Source: Cupriavidus necator
GTDB taxonomy: Bacteria > Pseudomonadota > Gammaproteobacteria > Burkholderiales > Burkholderiaceae
Assembly: GCF_016127575.1 (NCBI RefSeq)
Contig: NZ_CP066019.1
Coordinates: 2,070,001-2,102,000 of the forward strand
Direction of reading: 5' to 3'
DNA length: 32,000 bases
In this document: piece by piece, positions 8,031 to 16,342 of the stretch
How the letters are laid out: every line of letters starts with the position of its first letter
How positions within the stretch are numbered: the stretch's first letter is position 1
Translations under genes and position numbers: made by a program
The notes under the pieces: model-generated
Databases searched by the model: none
Told to the model about the DNA's origin: nothing
The model's input: the letters and a program-made list of their open reading frames with translations, nothing else

Positions 8031-9014
8031 ATGACCCGCATTACCCGATTCGCACGCGTGGCGCTGGCCGGCATGCTGGCAGCCACGGCGCTGGGCGCCG
8101 CGGCGCAGGCGCCCTTCCCAAGGCAAAAACCGATTACGCTGGTGGTGCCGTTCGCCCCCGGCGGCGGCAACGATATCCTCGCGCGGCTGATCGCGCCGAA
8201 GATGGGCAAGCTGCTGGGCCAGACCGTCGTGATCGAGAACAAGCCCGGCGCGGGCGGCAATCTCGGCGCCGACTATGTCGCCCACGCGGCTCCGGACGGC
8301 TATACGCTGGTGATCGCATCCAGCCAGGTGACGATGAACCCGTTTCTCGGCACGAAGATTCCGTTCAGCATCGAACGCGACTTCGAGCCGGTGGGGCGGA
8401 TCGCGTCAGTGCCGATCATGCTGGTCGCCAACCCCGACCAGCCGTTCCGCACGCTGCAGGATTTTATCCAGTACACCCGCGCCAATCCCGGCAAGCTCAG
8501 CTATAGCAGCCCGGGCAACGGCACGCCCCAGCACCTGGCCGGTGAAGTCTTTGCCAGGCTCAACAAGACCGAACTGCTGCACGTGCCCTATCGCGGCACC
8601 GGGCCGTCGATCACCGACCTGATGGGCGGGCAAGTGCAGATCTCGTTCGCGACCTTTGCTTCGGCGATCCAGTATGTGCGCGCCGGCAAACTGCGCGCGC
8701 TGGGCATCGCCGGCAAGAAGCGCACCGCGCTCATGCCCGACCTGCCGACCTTTGCGGAAGCAGGCATCGCCGGCTACGACGCCGAGCTGTGGTACAGCCT
8801 GCTGGCGCCGGCGCAGACGCCGAAGCCAGTGGTCGACAAGCTCAACGCCGCACTGGTGGCCGCGCTGAAATCGCCCGACATCGCCGAGCAGATGGCAAAG
8901 CAAGGCTTCGAGCCGCAGGCGTCGTCGCCGGCCGAGCTGAAGACCTATATCGGCAAGGAAATGGCGCGCTGGCAGCGGCTGATCCAGGACAACGGCATCA
9001 AGGTGGCCTTATGA
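8031..9014 (+). CDS. Bug-family (TctC-like) tripartite tricarboxylate transporter periplasmic substrate-binding protein
   Basis: RBS caggagac is upstream. Signal peptide MTRITRFARVALAGMLAATALGAAAQA, followed by PITLVVPFAPGGGNDILAR and the PYRGTGP motif typical of Bug proteins. No tctA or tctB gene is in the window. Confidence 0.9.
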   Translation: MTRITRFARVALAGMLAATALGAAAQAPFPRQKPITLVVPFAPGGGNDILARLIAPKMGKLLGQTVVIENKPGAGGNLGADYVAHAAPDGYTLVIASSQVTMNPFLGTKIPFSIERDFEPVGRIASVPIMLVANPDQPFRTLQDFIQYTRANPGKLSYSSPGNGTPQHLAGEVFARLNKTELLHVPYRGTGPSITDLMGGQVQISFATFASAIQYVRAGKLRALGIAGKKRTALMPDLPTFAEAGIAGYDAELWYSLLAPAQTPKPVVDKLNAALVAALKSPDIAEQMAKQGFEPQASSPAELKTYIGKEMARWQRLIQDNGIKVAL

Positions 9015-9430
9015 ACATGCATCCCGCCACGGTGCCGTCAACCGACAACCCGCTGCTGGACTACCTCGGCATCCGCCTGGCCAGCGTCGGCGACGGCCGC
9101 TGCACCTTCGAGCTCGACCTCGAGCCACGCCACCTGAACCGGCAGGGCAGCGTGCAGGGCGGCGTCACCGCCACGCTGCTCGACGCCGCCTGCGGCTACG
9201 CCGGGTTGCCCGCCGGCCCGGACGGCACGCTCGGCCACGCGGTCACCGTCATGCTGACGATCAGCTATCTCAGCAAGGCCAGCACGGGCCGGCTGCGCGC
9301 CACGGCGCAACTCACCCGCGCCGGCAAGAGCCTGTACTTCGCCTCGGCGGAGCTGACCACCGATGCCGGCGTGCTGGTGGCGACCGCGCAAGGCACGTTC
9401 AAACGATCCCGCACCCTACCGGAGGCATGA
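9011..9430 (+). CDS. PaaI/4HBT-type hotdog-fold acyl-CoA thioesterase
   Basis: The ATG overlaps the Bug stop (ATGA at 9011-9014). The product MNMHPATVPSTDNPLLDYLGIRL...NRQGSVQGGVTATLLDAACGYA matches the PaaI signature region. Confidence 0.85.
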   Translation: MNMHPATVPSTDNPLLDYLGIRLASVGDGRCTFELDLEPRHLNRQGSVQGGVTATLLDAACGYAGLPAGPDGTLGHAVTVMLTISYLSKASTGRLRATAQLTRAGKSLYFASAELTTDAGVLVATAQGTFKRSRTLPEA

Positions 9431-9431
9431 C

Positions 9432-10667
9432 ATGTTGCGCGACGCACTGGACGGCCTGACCGTCATCGATTTCACGCAGATCGGCGCCGGGCCGACCTGC
9501 ACCATGCTGCTGGCCGACATGGGCGCGAGGGTCATCAAGGTGGAGCCGCCGGGCGGTGAGATGGGCCGCGGGCTGGGGCCCGGCTGGCTCGGCGACGACA
9601 GCGCGCTGTTTCACGGCTTCAACCGCAACAAGCTGGGCGTGGCGCTCGACCTGAAGTCCGCCGACGGCGTGGCCGTGGCCCGCCGCCTGATCGTGGGTGC
9701 CGACATCGTGGTGGAAAGCATGCGGCCCGGCGTGATGGAACGCCTCGGCCTTGGCCATGCGCAACTGGCGGACGAACACCCCGCGCTGATCTACTGCTCG
9801 ATCTCCGCCTACGGGCAGGAGGGACCATATGCGAGCCGCGCCGGCGTCGACGGCATCATGCAGGCGGATTCCGGCCTGATGAGCCTGATCGGCCTGCCCG
9901 ACGGCGAGCCGTGCAAGGTGCAGGCGCCGGTCGTCGACGTGATGACCGGCTACGTGGCCTCCGTGGGCGTGTTGGCGAAGCTCGCGCAGCGGGCCCGCGA
10001 CGGCCTGGGCGGCCATCTCGACGTCAACCTGCTCAATGCGGCGCTGGCGCTGCAGCAGTCGTCCATCACCAGCTACTGCGCCGACGGGCAACTGCCGGAA
10101 CGTGTGGGCAGCGCGGCGCCCTACTCAGCGCCCAACCAGGCCTTCCGCACCGCCGATGGCTGGGTCATGGTGGCCGCCTATATGCCCGAGCGCTGGCGCC
10201 GGTTGTGCGATGTGCTGGGCCGGCCCGAACTGGCCGGCGATCCGCGCTTTGCGACTTCACCGCTGCGCGTGGTCAATCGCGCGGCAATGGTGGAGGTGCT
10301 GACCAGTGCCTTCGTCACCCGCGCGACCGACACATGGCTGGCGTTGCTCCAGGACGCCGACATTCTGTGCGCCCCCGTGGCGACCTACGAGGACGTCATG
10401 GCGCATCCGCAGGTGGCCGCCAACCGCATGGTGCAGCGCGTCCGGCACGACACGCTGGGCGAGATCCGCATGCCGGGATTCCCGATCAACAGCGCTCAGG
10501 AGAACGCGTTGCCATCGCGGCCGGCACCAGCTTGCGGACAGCATACGCAGGCGGTGCTGGGCGAGCTTGGCTACAGCCGCGACGAAATCGCCGCGCTGTC
10601 GTCTCGGGGCGCTATCCGCTGCGGCGATATCGAGGAAAAGCGACACGTGGTCGCGGCGGCATCGTGA
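9432..10667 (+). CDS. Family III CoA-transferase (CaiB/BaiF/BbsEF-type)
   Basis: The N-terminus MLRDALDGLTVIDFTQIGAGPTCTMLLADMGARVIKVEPPGG is diagnostic for the family. Length 411 aa. The start lies 1 nt after the thioesterase stop. Confidence 0.9.
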   Translation: MLRDALDGLTVIDFTQIGAGPTCTMLLADMGARVIKVEPPGGEMGRGLGPGWLGDDSALFHGFNRNKLGVALDLKSADGVAVARRLIVGADIVVESMRPGVMERLGLGHAQLADEHPALIYCSISAYGQEGPYASRAGVDGIMQADSGLMSLIGLPDGEPCKVQAPVVDVMTGYVASVGVLAKLAQRARDGLGGHLDVNLLNAALALQQSSITSYCADGQLPERVGSAAPYSAPNQAFRTADGWVMVAAYMPERWRRLCDVLGRPELAGDPRFATSPLRVVNRAAMVEVLTSAFVTRATDTWLALLQDADILCAPVATYEDVMAHPQVAANRMVQRVRHDTLGEIRMPGFPINSAQENALPSRPAPACGQHTQAVLGELGYSRDEIAALSSRGAIRCGDIEEKRHVVAAAS

Positions 10668-10673
10668 GCGCGC

Positions 10674-11570
10674 TCAACCCTGAGTGTCAAACTGCGCCAG
10701 CAGCCATTGCCGGAACACTGCCATGCTCGGGCTCTCCTTGCGATCGGCAGGCGTCAGCAGGTAGTAGGTGAAGTCGCCCATGTCCACAGTCTGGCGGAAT
10801 GGCGCCACCAGCCGGCCGGCGTCGAGATCCGCCGCCACCAGGAAGCGCTGCGCGATCGCGAAGCCCTGCCCTTCTGCCGCGGCCGCATAGGCCATGGCCG
10901 AGCTCTGGAAGGTCATGCCGCTGCGCGCATCGACCTCCTTGTCGGCGCGCGCGGCCTTGAGCCAGTGGGCCCAATCGTCGGGCCGCGCGATCGAGTGCAG
11001 CAGGGTCTGGTGCTGCAGGTCGGCGGGCTTCTTCACCTTCGGCCCGCCCTCCAGCAGCCCCGGGCTGCATACCGGCACCAGGATGTTCGACACCAGCCGG
11101 TAGGTATTCACGCCGCTCCACTTGCCGTCACCCAGCCTGATCGCGCCGTCGATGTCTTCCTTGCGGAAGTCGACCGGATCGAGCGACGCCGTCAGCAGCA
11201 CCTCGATGCCGGGATTGGCGGCATGGAAGCTCGACAGCCGCGGGATCAGCCAGCGCATGGCAAAGGTGGTGTAGGCGCGCACCTTCAGCTGCTTGCGCTT
11301 GGCGCGCTTGCTCAATCGCCGCGTGGCCTCGCGCAGGTCGTCCATCGCCCTGGTCACGGCGCGGTAGTAGTCCTCGCCGGTGCGCGTGAGCGAGATCTGG
11401 CGGTGGCCGCGATGCAGCAGCTGCACGCCCAGCCCGTCCTCCAGCGCGCGGATCTGGCGGCTGACGGCGCCGGGGGTGACATGCAGCTCCTCGGCGGCCG
11501 TGGTGATGCTGAGGTGCCGGGCGGCGGCCTCGAAGGCGCGCAACGCGTTCAGTGGGGGCAGTTTGTCCAT
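10674..11570 (-). CDS. LysR-family transcriptional regulator (GcvA-like)
   Basis: Start chosen at MDKLPPLNALRAFEAAARHLSITTAAEELHVTPGAVSRQIRALEDGLGVQLLHR. It is convergent with the CoA-transferase and divergent from the SDR gene at 11760. Confidence 0.9.
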   Translation of the reverse strand: MDKLPPLNALRAFEAAARHLSITTAAEELHVTPGAVSRQIRALEDGLGVQLLHRGHRQISLTRTGEDYYRAVTRAMDDLREATRRLSKRAKRKQLKVRAYTTFAMRWLIPRLSSFHAANPGIEVLLTASLDPVDFRKEDIDGAIRLGDGKWSGVNTYRLVSNILVPVCSPGLLEGGPKVKKPADLQHQTLLHSIARPDDWAHWLKAARADKEVDARSGMTFQSSAMAYAAAAEGQGFAIAQRFLVAADLDAGRLVAPFRQTVDMGDFTYYLLTPADRKESPSMAVFRQWLLAQFDTQG

Positions 11571-11638
11571 GCCGGGGAGTCTGCCATACGGTTGAGGCTT
11601 TCTCAATCGACGCGCCGGACTTCCATTCAAAACTAATA

Positions 11639-11707
11639 GTTGTCATTGAAACGCGATTGCACCGCCTAGTGTTGTGGGCGTTGCCTGCCTAAATTTGTCT
11701 CCGTGGC
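11639..11707. repeat. Copy B of the ~69-nt conserved intergenic element (first copy at 4179-4247)
   Basis: 48/69 identities, ungapped, with 4179-4247. It lies in the divergent LysR/SDR promoter region, 52 nt upstream of the SDR ATG and 68 nt upstream of the LysR start. Confidence 0.5.
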
Positions 11708-11759
11708 CCCCGCCATCAGACATCGCAGTCAAACCGAGCACCCTGAAAGGAGATTCACC

Positions 11760-12638
11760 ATGTCCGCCAACACCACCAACACCGCCATCAACGCTGCCAG
11801 CAAGGTCTGGTTCATCACCGGCGCTTCGCGCGGCTTCGGCCTGGAACTGACCCGTGCCGCGCTGGCACGCGGCGACCGGGTCGTCGCCACCGCGCGCCGC
11901 CCGGAAACCATCACCGCCGCACTGGGCGAGCACGATAACCTGGTGGGCGTGGCGCTGGACGTCACCAACGAAGCGCAGGCCATCGCCGCCGCCGAGGCCG
12001 CCGTGGCCCGCTTCGGCCGCATCGACGTGCTGGTCAACAACGCCGGCTACGGCCTGCTCGGCGCGGTCGAAGAGGCCTCCGCAGAGGAAGTCGAGCAGCA
12101 GTTCGCCACCAACGTGTTCGGCGTGCTGACCGTGACGCGTGCGGTGCTGCCGCAGATGCGCCGTCAGCGCAGCGGCCGCATCCTCAACATTTCGTCGATC
12201 GGTGGCTACGCCGCGTATCCCGGCTGGGGCGTCTATGGCGCCACCAAGTTCGCGGTGGAGGGCCTGACCGAAGCGCTCGATGCGGAACTGTCGCCGCTGG
12301 GCATCCGCGCCACCGTGGTCGAGCCGGGCTTCTTCCGCACCGACTTCCTCGATGCCAGCTCGCTGGTGCGCGTGCGCACCGAGATCGCCGCATATGCCGA
12401 TACGGTCGGGGCAATGCGCGAGCACATGGCTTCGGCCAACCACCAGCAGCCCGGCGACCCGGCCAAGCTGGCGGCAGCCCTGCTGACCCTGGCCGACAGC
12501 GAAACCCCGCCAGTGCGGCTGCCGCTGGGCTCGGACACGGTCTACCGCATCACCGAGAAGAACCGCAAGGTGGAAAGCGAACTGGCCGCGTGGCAGGCGC
12601 TGGCGGTGTCGACCGACCACGACGACGTGCGCCGCTGA
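11760..12638 (+). CDS. Classical short-chain dehydrogenase/reductase
   Basis: RBS aaaggag is upstream. The product MSANTTNTAINAASKVWFITGASRGFGLELT has NNAGYG and YGATKFAVEGL (YxxxK). Length 292 aa. Confidence 0.9.
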   Translation: MSANTTNTAINAASKVWFITGASRGFGLELTRAALARGDRVVATARRPETITAALGEHDNLVGVALDVTNEAQAIAAAEAAVARFGRIDVLVNNAGYGLLGAVEEASAEEVEQQFATNVFGVLTVTRAVLPQMRRQRSGRILNISSIGGYAAYPGWGVYGATKFAVEGLTEALDAELSPLGIRATVVEPGFFRTDFLDASSLVRVRTEIAAYADTVGAMREHMASANHQQPGDPAKLAAALLTLADSETPPVRLPLGSDTVYRITEKNRKVESELAAWQALAVSTDHDDVRR

Positions 12639-12840
12639 TCTTGCTGCAGCGCACCAGCGCACGGTTTGCTGCAATGCGGGCATGCCGTGCGAAACGCGAA
12701 ACGAGGCCGACCGAGCGCCGGCTTCGCCACTTGCGGGCCATCTTGCGTCAGGCAATGCACCGAGTCGGGCATCCGCGTATGTCGCTTCCGGCGAATTTCG
12801 CCAATAATTCCCGGACAGCCATTGCCGGACGAGAGCCACC

Positions 12841-14895
12841 ATGCACGATAGTCCCGATGCCATCCGCACCGTCGCCTTGCTAGGGCACGCGGGGTGCGGC
12901 AAGACCTCGCTGGTCGAAGCGCTGTTGCACAAGGGCGGTGCCCTGCACACGCCCGGCAGCGTCGAACGCGGTTCCACGGTGTGCGACAGCGACCCGCTCG
13001 AGCGCAAGTACAAACGCTCGCTCACCACCGCCGCCGCCCACCTGCACTACCGCGACACCCGCATCTACCTGCTTGACACCCCCGGTTATCCCGACTTCTC
13101 CGGCCTCGCCATCAGCGCGCTGGCGGCGGTGGAAACCGCCGCCATCGTCATCAATGCCCAGACCGGCATCGAGATGACCACGCGCCGCGCGATGGCGTGG
13201 GCGCAGGCGCGCCAGCTGTGCCGGATGATCATCGTCAACGGCATCGACGGCGACAAGGTCGACCTGCCCGCGCTGCTTGCGGACATCCAGGAGGCCTTTG
13301 GCAAGGAATGCCTGCCGATCAACCTGCCTGCCGGCAACGGCAGCCAGGTGGTGGACTGCTTCTTCAATCCGGCCGGCGAGTCGGATTTTTTATCTGTTCC
13401 CGCCGCCCACGATGCGCTGATCGACCAGGTGATCGAGATCGATCCCGAACTGATGGAGCTGTACCTGGAACAAGGCGAGGCGATCACGCCGGAGCAGCTG
13501 CACGCGCCATTCGAGCGCGCGCTGCGCGAAGGCCACCTGGTGCCGATCTGCTTTACCTCGGCCGCCACCGGCGCCGGCATCACGGAACTGCTCGACGTGT
13601 TCGTGCAACTGCTGCCCAACCCGACTGAAGGCAATCCGCCGCTGTTCTATCGCGATACGGGCGATGGCAGCGAACACCGCAAGGCCGTGCGCGCCGAGCC
13701 CGTGCCTGACAAGCACGTGCTGGCCCATGTCTTCAAGGTGGTGATCGACCCCTATGTCGGCAAGCTGGCGGTGTTCCGCATCCACCAGGGCACGGTCACG
13801 CGCGACAGCCAGCTCTATATCGGCGACGGGCGCCAGCCGTTCAAGGTGGCGCACCTGCTGCGGCTGCAGGGCAAGGAGACCCAGGAGATCCCGCGGGCCG
13901 GCCCGGGCGATATCTGCGCAGTGGCCAAGGTCGACGAACTGGGCTTCGATGCCGTGCTGCACGACGCCACCGAGGACGGCAATATCCACCTGACGCCGCT
14001 GGAGTTCCCAACTCCCATCTACGGGCTGGCGATCGAACCGGCGCGGCGCGGCAACGAGCAGCGCCTGGCCGAAGTGCTGCACAAGCTTAGCGCGGAAGAC
14101 CCGTGCCTGCGCGTCGAGCATCCGGTTGGCACCAATGAGACCGTGGTGTTCGGCCTGGGCGAATTCCATCTGCGCTGCGCGCTGGAGCGGCTGACCGAGC
14201 AATACAAGCTGGAGGTGGTGACGCGCCCGCCCAAGATTGCCTATCGCGAAACCATCGGCGGCAAGGCCGAGGGCCATCACCGGCACAAGAAGCAGACCGG
14301 CGGCGCCGGGCAGTTCGGTGAAGTGATGCTGCGCGTGGAGCCGCTGGCGCGCGGCGAGGGCTTCGACTTTGTCGATGCGGTCAAGGGCGGCGCGATTCCC
14401 GGCCAGTTCATTCCCGCCGTGGAAAAAGGCATCCGCCAGGTGCTGGACAGCGGCCCGCTGGCGGGCTTCCCGATGCAGGACGTGCGCGTGACCGTGTATG
14501 ACGGCAAGAGCCATCCGGTCGATTCCAAGGAAGTCGCGTTCGCGACCGCCGGGCGCAAGGCCTTTATCGACGCGGTGCTCAAGGCCAGGCCCAGCGTGCT
14601 GGAACCGATCGTCGACATCGAGGTGACGGCGCCGGGCACAGCCATGGGCGACATCATCGGCGACCTCTCAACCAAGCGCGGCCAGGTCCACGGCACGCGC
14701 ACCGCGGTCGGCAACGCCGTGGTGGTGGCCGGCCAGGTGCCGCTGTCCGAGCTCAACGACTACCAGTCACGGCTGAACAGCATCACCGGCGGCCACGGCA
14801 GCTATACCATCCAGTTCAGCCACTACGACAACGTGCCGCCGGCGCAGCAGGACAAGATGGCATCGAAACACAAGGCGCAGCAGGATACGGATTGA
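12841..14895 (+). CDS. Elongation factor G paralog (EF-G2 / EFG-II-like translational GTPase)
   Basis: 684 aa covering all five EF-G domains: P-loop GHAGCGKTS, IAYRETI, KKQTGGAGQFGEV and the domain IV tip YDGKSHPVDSKEVAF. Deviant G3 DTPGY (Tyr codon tat at 13087-13089 where canonical EF-G has His). Deviant G4 NGID (13237-13248) instead of NKxD. Confidence 0.9.
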   Translation: MHDSPDAIRTVALLGHAGCGKTSLVEALLHKGGALHTPGSVERGSTVCDSDPLERKYKRSLTTAAAHLHYRDTRIYLLDTPGYPDFSGLAISALAAVETAAIVINAQTGIEMTTRRAMAWAQARQLCRMIIVNGIDGDKVDLPALLADIQEAFGKECLPINLPAGNGSQVVDCFFNPAGESDFLSVPAAHDALIDQVIEIDPELMELYLEQGEAITPEQLHAPFERALREGHLVPICFTSAATGAGITELLDVFVQLLPNPTEGNPPLFYRDTGDGSEHRKAVRAEPVPDKHVLAHVFKVVIDPYVGKLAVFRIHQGTVTRDSQLYIGDGRQPFKVAHLLRLQGKETQEIPRAGPGDICAVAKVDELGFDAVLHDATEDGNIHLTPLEFPTPIYGLAIEPARRGNEQRLAEVLHKLSAEDPCLRVEHPVGTNETVVFGLGEFHLRCALERLTEQYKLEVVTRPPKIAYRETIGGKAEGHHRHKKQTGGAGQFGEVMLRVEPLARGEGFDFVDAVKGGAIPGQFIPAVEKGIRQVLDSGPLAGFPMQDVRVTVYDGKSHPVDSKEVAFATAGRKAFIDAVLKARPSVLEPIVDIEVTAPGTAMGDIIGDLSTKRGQVHGTRTAVGNAVVVAGQVPLSELNDYQSRLNSITGGHGSYTIQFSHYDNVPPAQQDKMASKHKAQQDTD

Positions 14896-14910
14896 GGGGT
14901 TCGCGCCCGC

Positions 14911-14941
14911 GGCTGCATCTAGTACGTTTCCAGATGCAGCC
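14911..14941. terminator. 10-bp perfect inverted repeat between convergent EF-G paralog and boxA, spanning the boxA stop codon
   Basis: ggctgcatct (14911-14920) and agatgcagcc (14932-14941) with an 11-nt loop. There is no U-tract on either strand, so terminator function is uncertain. Confidence 0.35.
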
Positions 14942-16199
14942 GCCCTTCCCGCTTCAACCCTTCAGCCAGCGCCTCCCATTGCAGCCCCGCCTGCTGCGCG
15001 ACGTCCCTGAGCGCCAGCACCACGCCCTCTTCCATGCTCTTTAGCCCGCACACATAGAAGCAGGTATCGGGACCCGCCAGCAACGCTGCCAGGTCCGCCG
15101 CGCGCTCGCGCATCAGGTCCTGCACGTAGCGCTTCGGCTGCCCCGCCGTGCGCGAGAACGCCAGGTTGATGTCGATGAAATCCTTGGGCAGGTTCTGCAG
15201 CGGGCCGAAATACGGCAGCTCCTCCTGCGTGCGCGCCCCGAAAAACAGCATCAGCTTGCCGCCGTCGAACTTGCCGGCCTTGCGCAAGCGCCGGCGCCAT
15301 TCGGTCATGGCCCGCATCGGCGCGCTGCCGGTGCCGGTGCAGATCATCACGATGTTGGAGCGCGGGTGGTTCGGCATCAGGAAGCTGGCGCCGAACGGGC
15401 CGATCACCTCCACCTTGTCGCCAACCTTCAGGTCGCACATGTAGTTGGAGGCCACGCCGCGCACCGGGTTGCCGTCATGGTCCTGCAGCACGCGCTTGAT
15501 GGTCAGCGACAGGTTGTTGTAACCGGGACGCTCGCCGTTGCGCGGGCTGGCGATCGAGTACTGGCGGGCATGGTGCGGGCGGCCGCCGGCGTCGGTGCCC
15601 GGTGGCACGATGCCGATGGACTGGCCTTCCAGCACCGGGAACGGGGTCGCGCCAAAGTCCAGCACGATGTGATGCGTGTCGTACTCGCGCCCCACTTCGG
15701 TCACGCGTACATTGCCGGTCACGGTAGCGGTGATGGTCTTGTTGGCGGACTTGGCGCCATACAGGTTGGTGTAGGCATGCGCGGCGGACCACGGCGGCAC
15801 GGTGGCGCCGTAGCGGGCGCTGTTGACGGCGTCTTCGCCGGTGCCGGCCAGCGGCGACGCGGCGGGAATCTCCGGCGCGGCGGTCTGCAGCTCGGCGCCG
15901 GGCGCCAGGTCGGCCAGTTGCTCGGGCGTCAGCTCTTCCGGCAGCGTGTCCCAGCTGAGTTGCTCTTCGATGCTGTAGGCGCGCAGCTTCGGCATGGCGC
16001 GCCAGTTGTCGATCGAGCCGGTCGGGCACGGGGAAATGCAGGCCATGCACAGGTTGCACTTGTCGGCATCGACCACGTAGTTGCGCGAGTCGTGCGTGAT
16101 CGCGCCCACCGGGCAGGTCGCTTCGCAGGTGTTGCAGCGGATGCAGATCTCGGGATCGATCAGGTGCTGCTTGATGACTTGAATTTCTGCCATGTCCAT
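14919..16199 (-). CDS. boxA: Benzoyl-CoA 2,3-epoxidase (oxygenase) reductase component BoxA
   Basis: Two 4Fe-4S ferredoxin motifs ([24 protein letters not shown]) are fused to an FNR-like module ([21 protein letters not shown]). Start set at the ATG 6 nt after GGAG (MDMAEIQ...). The ORF-track start at 16211 is a GTG 4 codons upstream. Confidence 0.9.
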   Translation of the reverse strand: MDMAEIQVIKQHLIDPEICIRCNTCEATCPVGAITHDSRNYVVDADKCNLCMACISPCPTGSIDNWRAMPKLRAYSIEEQLSWDTLPEELTPEQLADLAPGAELQTAAPEIPAASPLAGTGEDAVNSARYGATVPPWSAAHAYTNLYGAKSANKTITATVTGNVRVTEVGREYDTHHIVLDFGATPFPVLEGQSIGIVPPGTDAGGRPHHARQYSIASPRNGERPGYNNLSLTIKRVLQDHDGNPVRGVASNYMCDLKVGDKVEVIGPFGASFLMPNHPRSNIVMICTGTGSAPMRAMTEWRRRLRKAGKFDGGKLMLFFGARTQEELPYFGPLQNLPKDFIDINLAFSRTAGQPKRYVQDLMRERAADLAALLAGPDTCFYVCGLKSMEEGVVLALRDVAQQAGLQWEALAEGLKREGRLHLETY

Positions 16200-16284
16200 G
16201 GCGGTCTCCACAGGATCAGGGGCGTTCGGGGTGAGGGTCGTTGTTGCAGCGGCGCTTCATGGACGCGCCTGCCCTCTCCCCCGG

Positions 16285-16310
16285 CCCCTCTCCCGCAAGC
16301 GGGAGAGGGG
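16285..16310. repeat. REP-type perfect palindrome in the boxB-boxA intercistronic spacer
   Basis: cccctctcccgc aa gcgggagagggg: 12-bp arms with a 2-nt loop. The same core, in opposite orientation, recurs at 25830-25851. Confidence 0.7.
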
Positions 16311-16342
16311 AGCAAACAGGGAGCAAAGGGTAAGGCCGTGGC

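Noticed and set aside
13081-13248. Interpreting DTPGY and NGID in the EF-G paralog as signs of a pseudogene or sequencing error
   Set aside because: The 684-codon frame is uninterrupted with high GC3, and the other functional motifs are intact. As far as I recall, the same substitutions characterise the EFG-II/EF-G2 subfamily, so it is more likely a functional divergent factor.
12841-16211. Idea that the EF-G paralog belongs to the box (benzoyl-CoA) regulon
   Set aside because: It is convergent with boxA, with only 23 nt between the stop codons. It has its own 200-nt upstream region without the TGCA operator boxes, so adjacency alone does not support a functional link.
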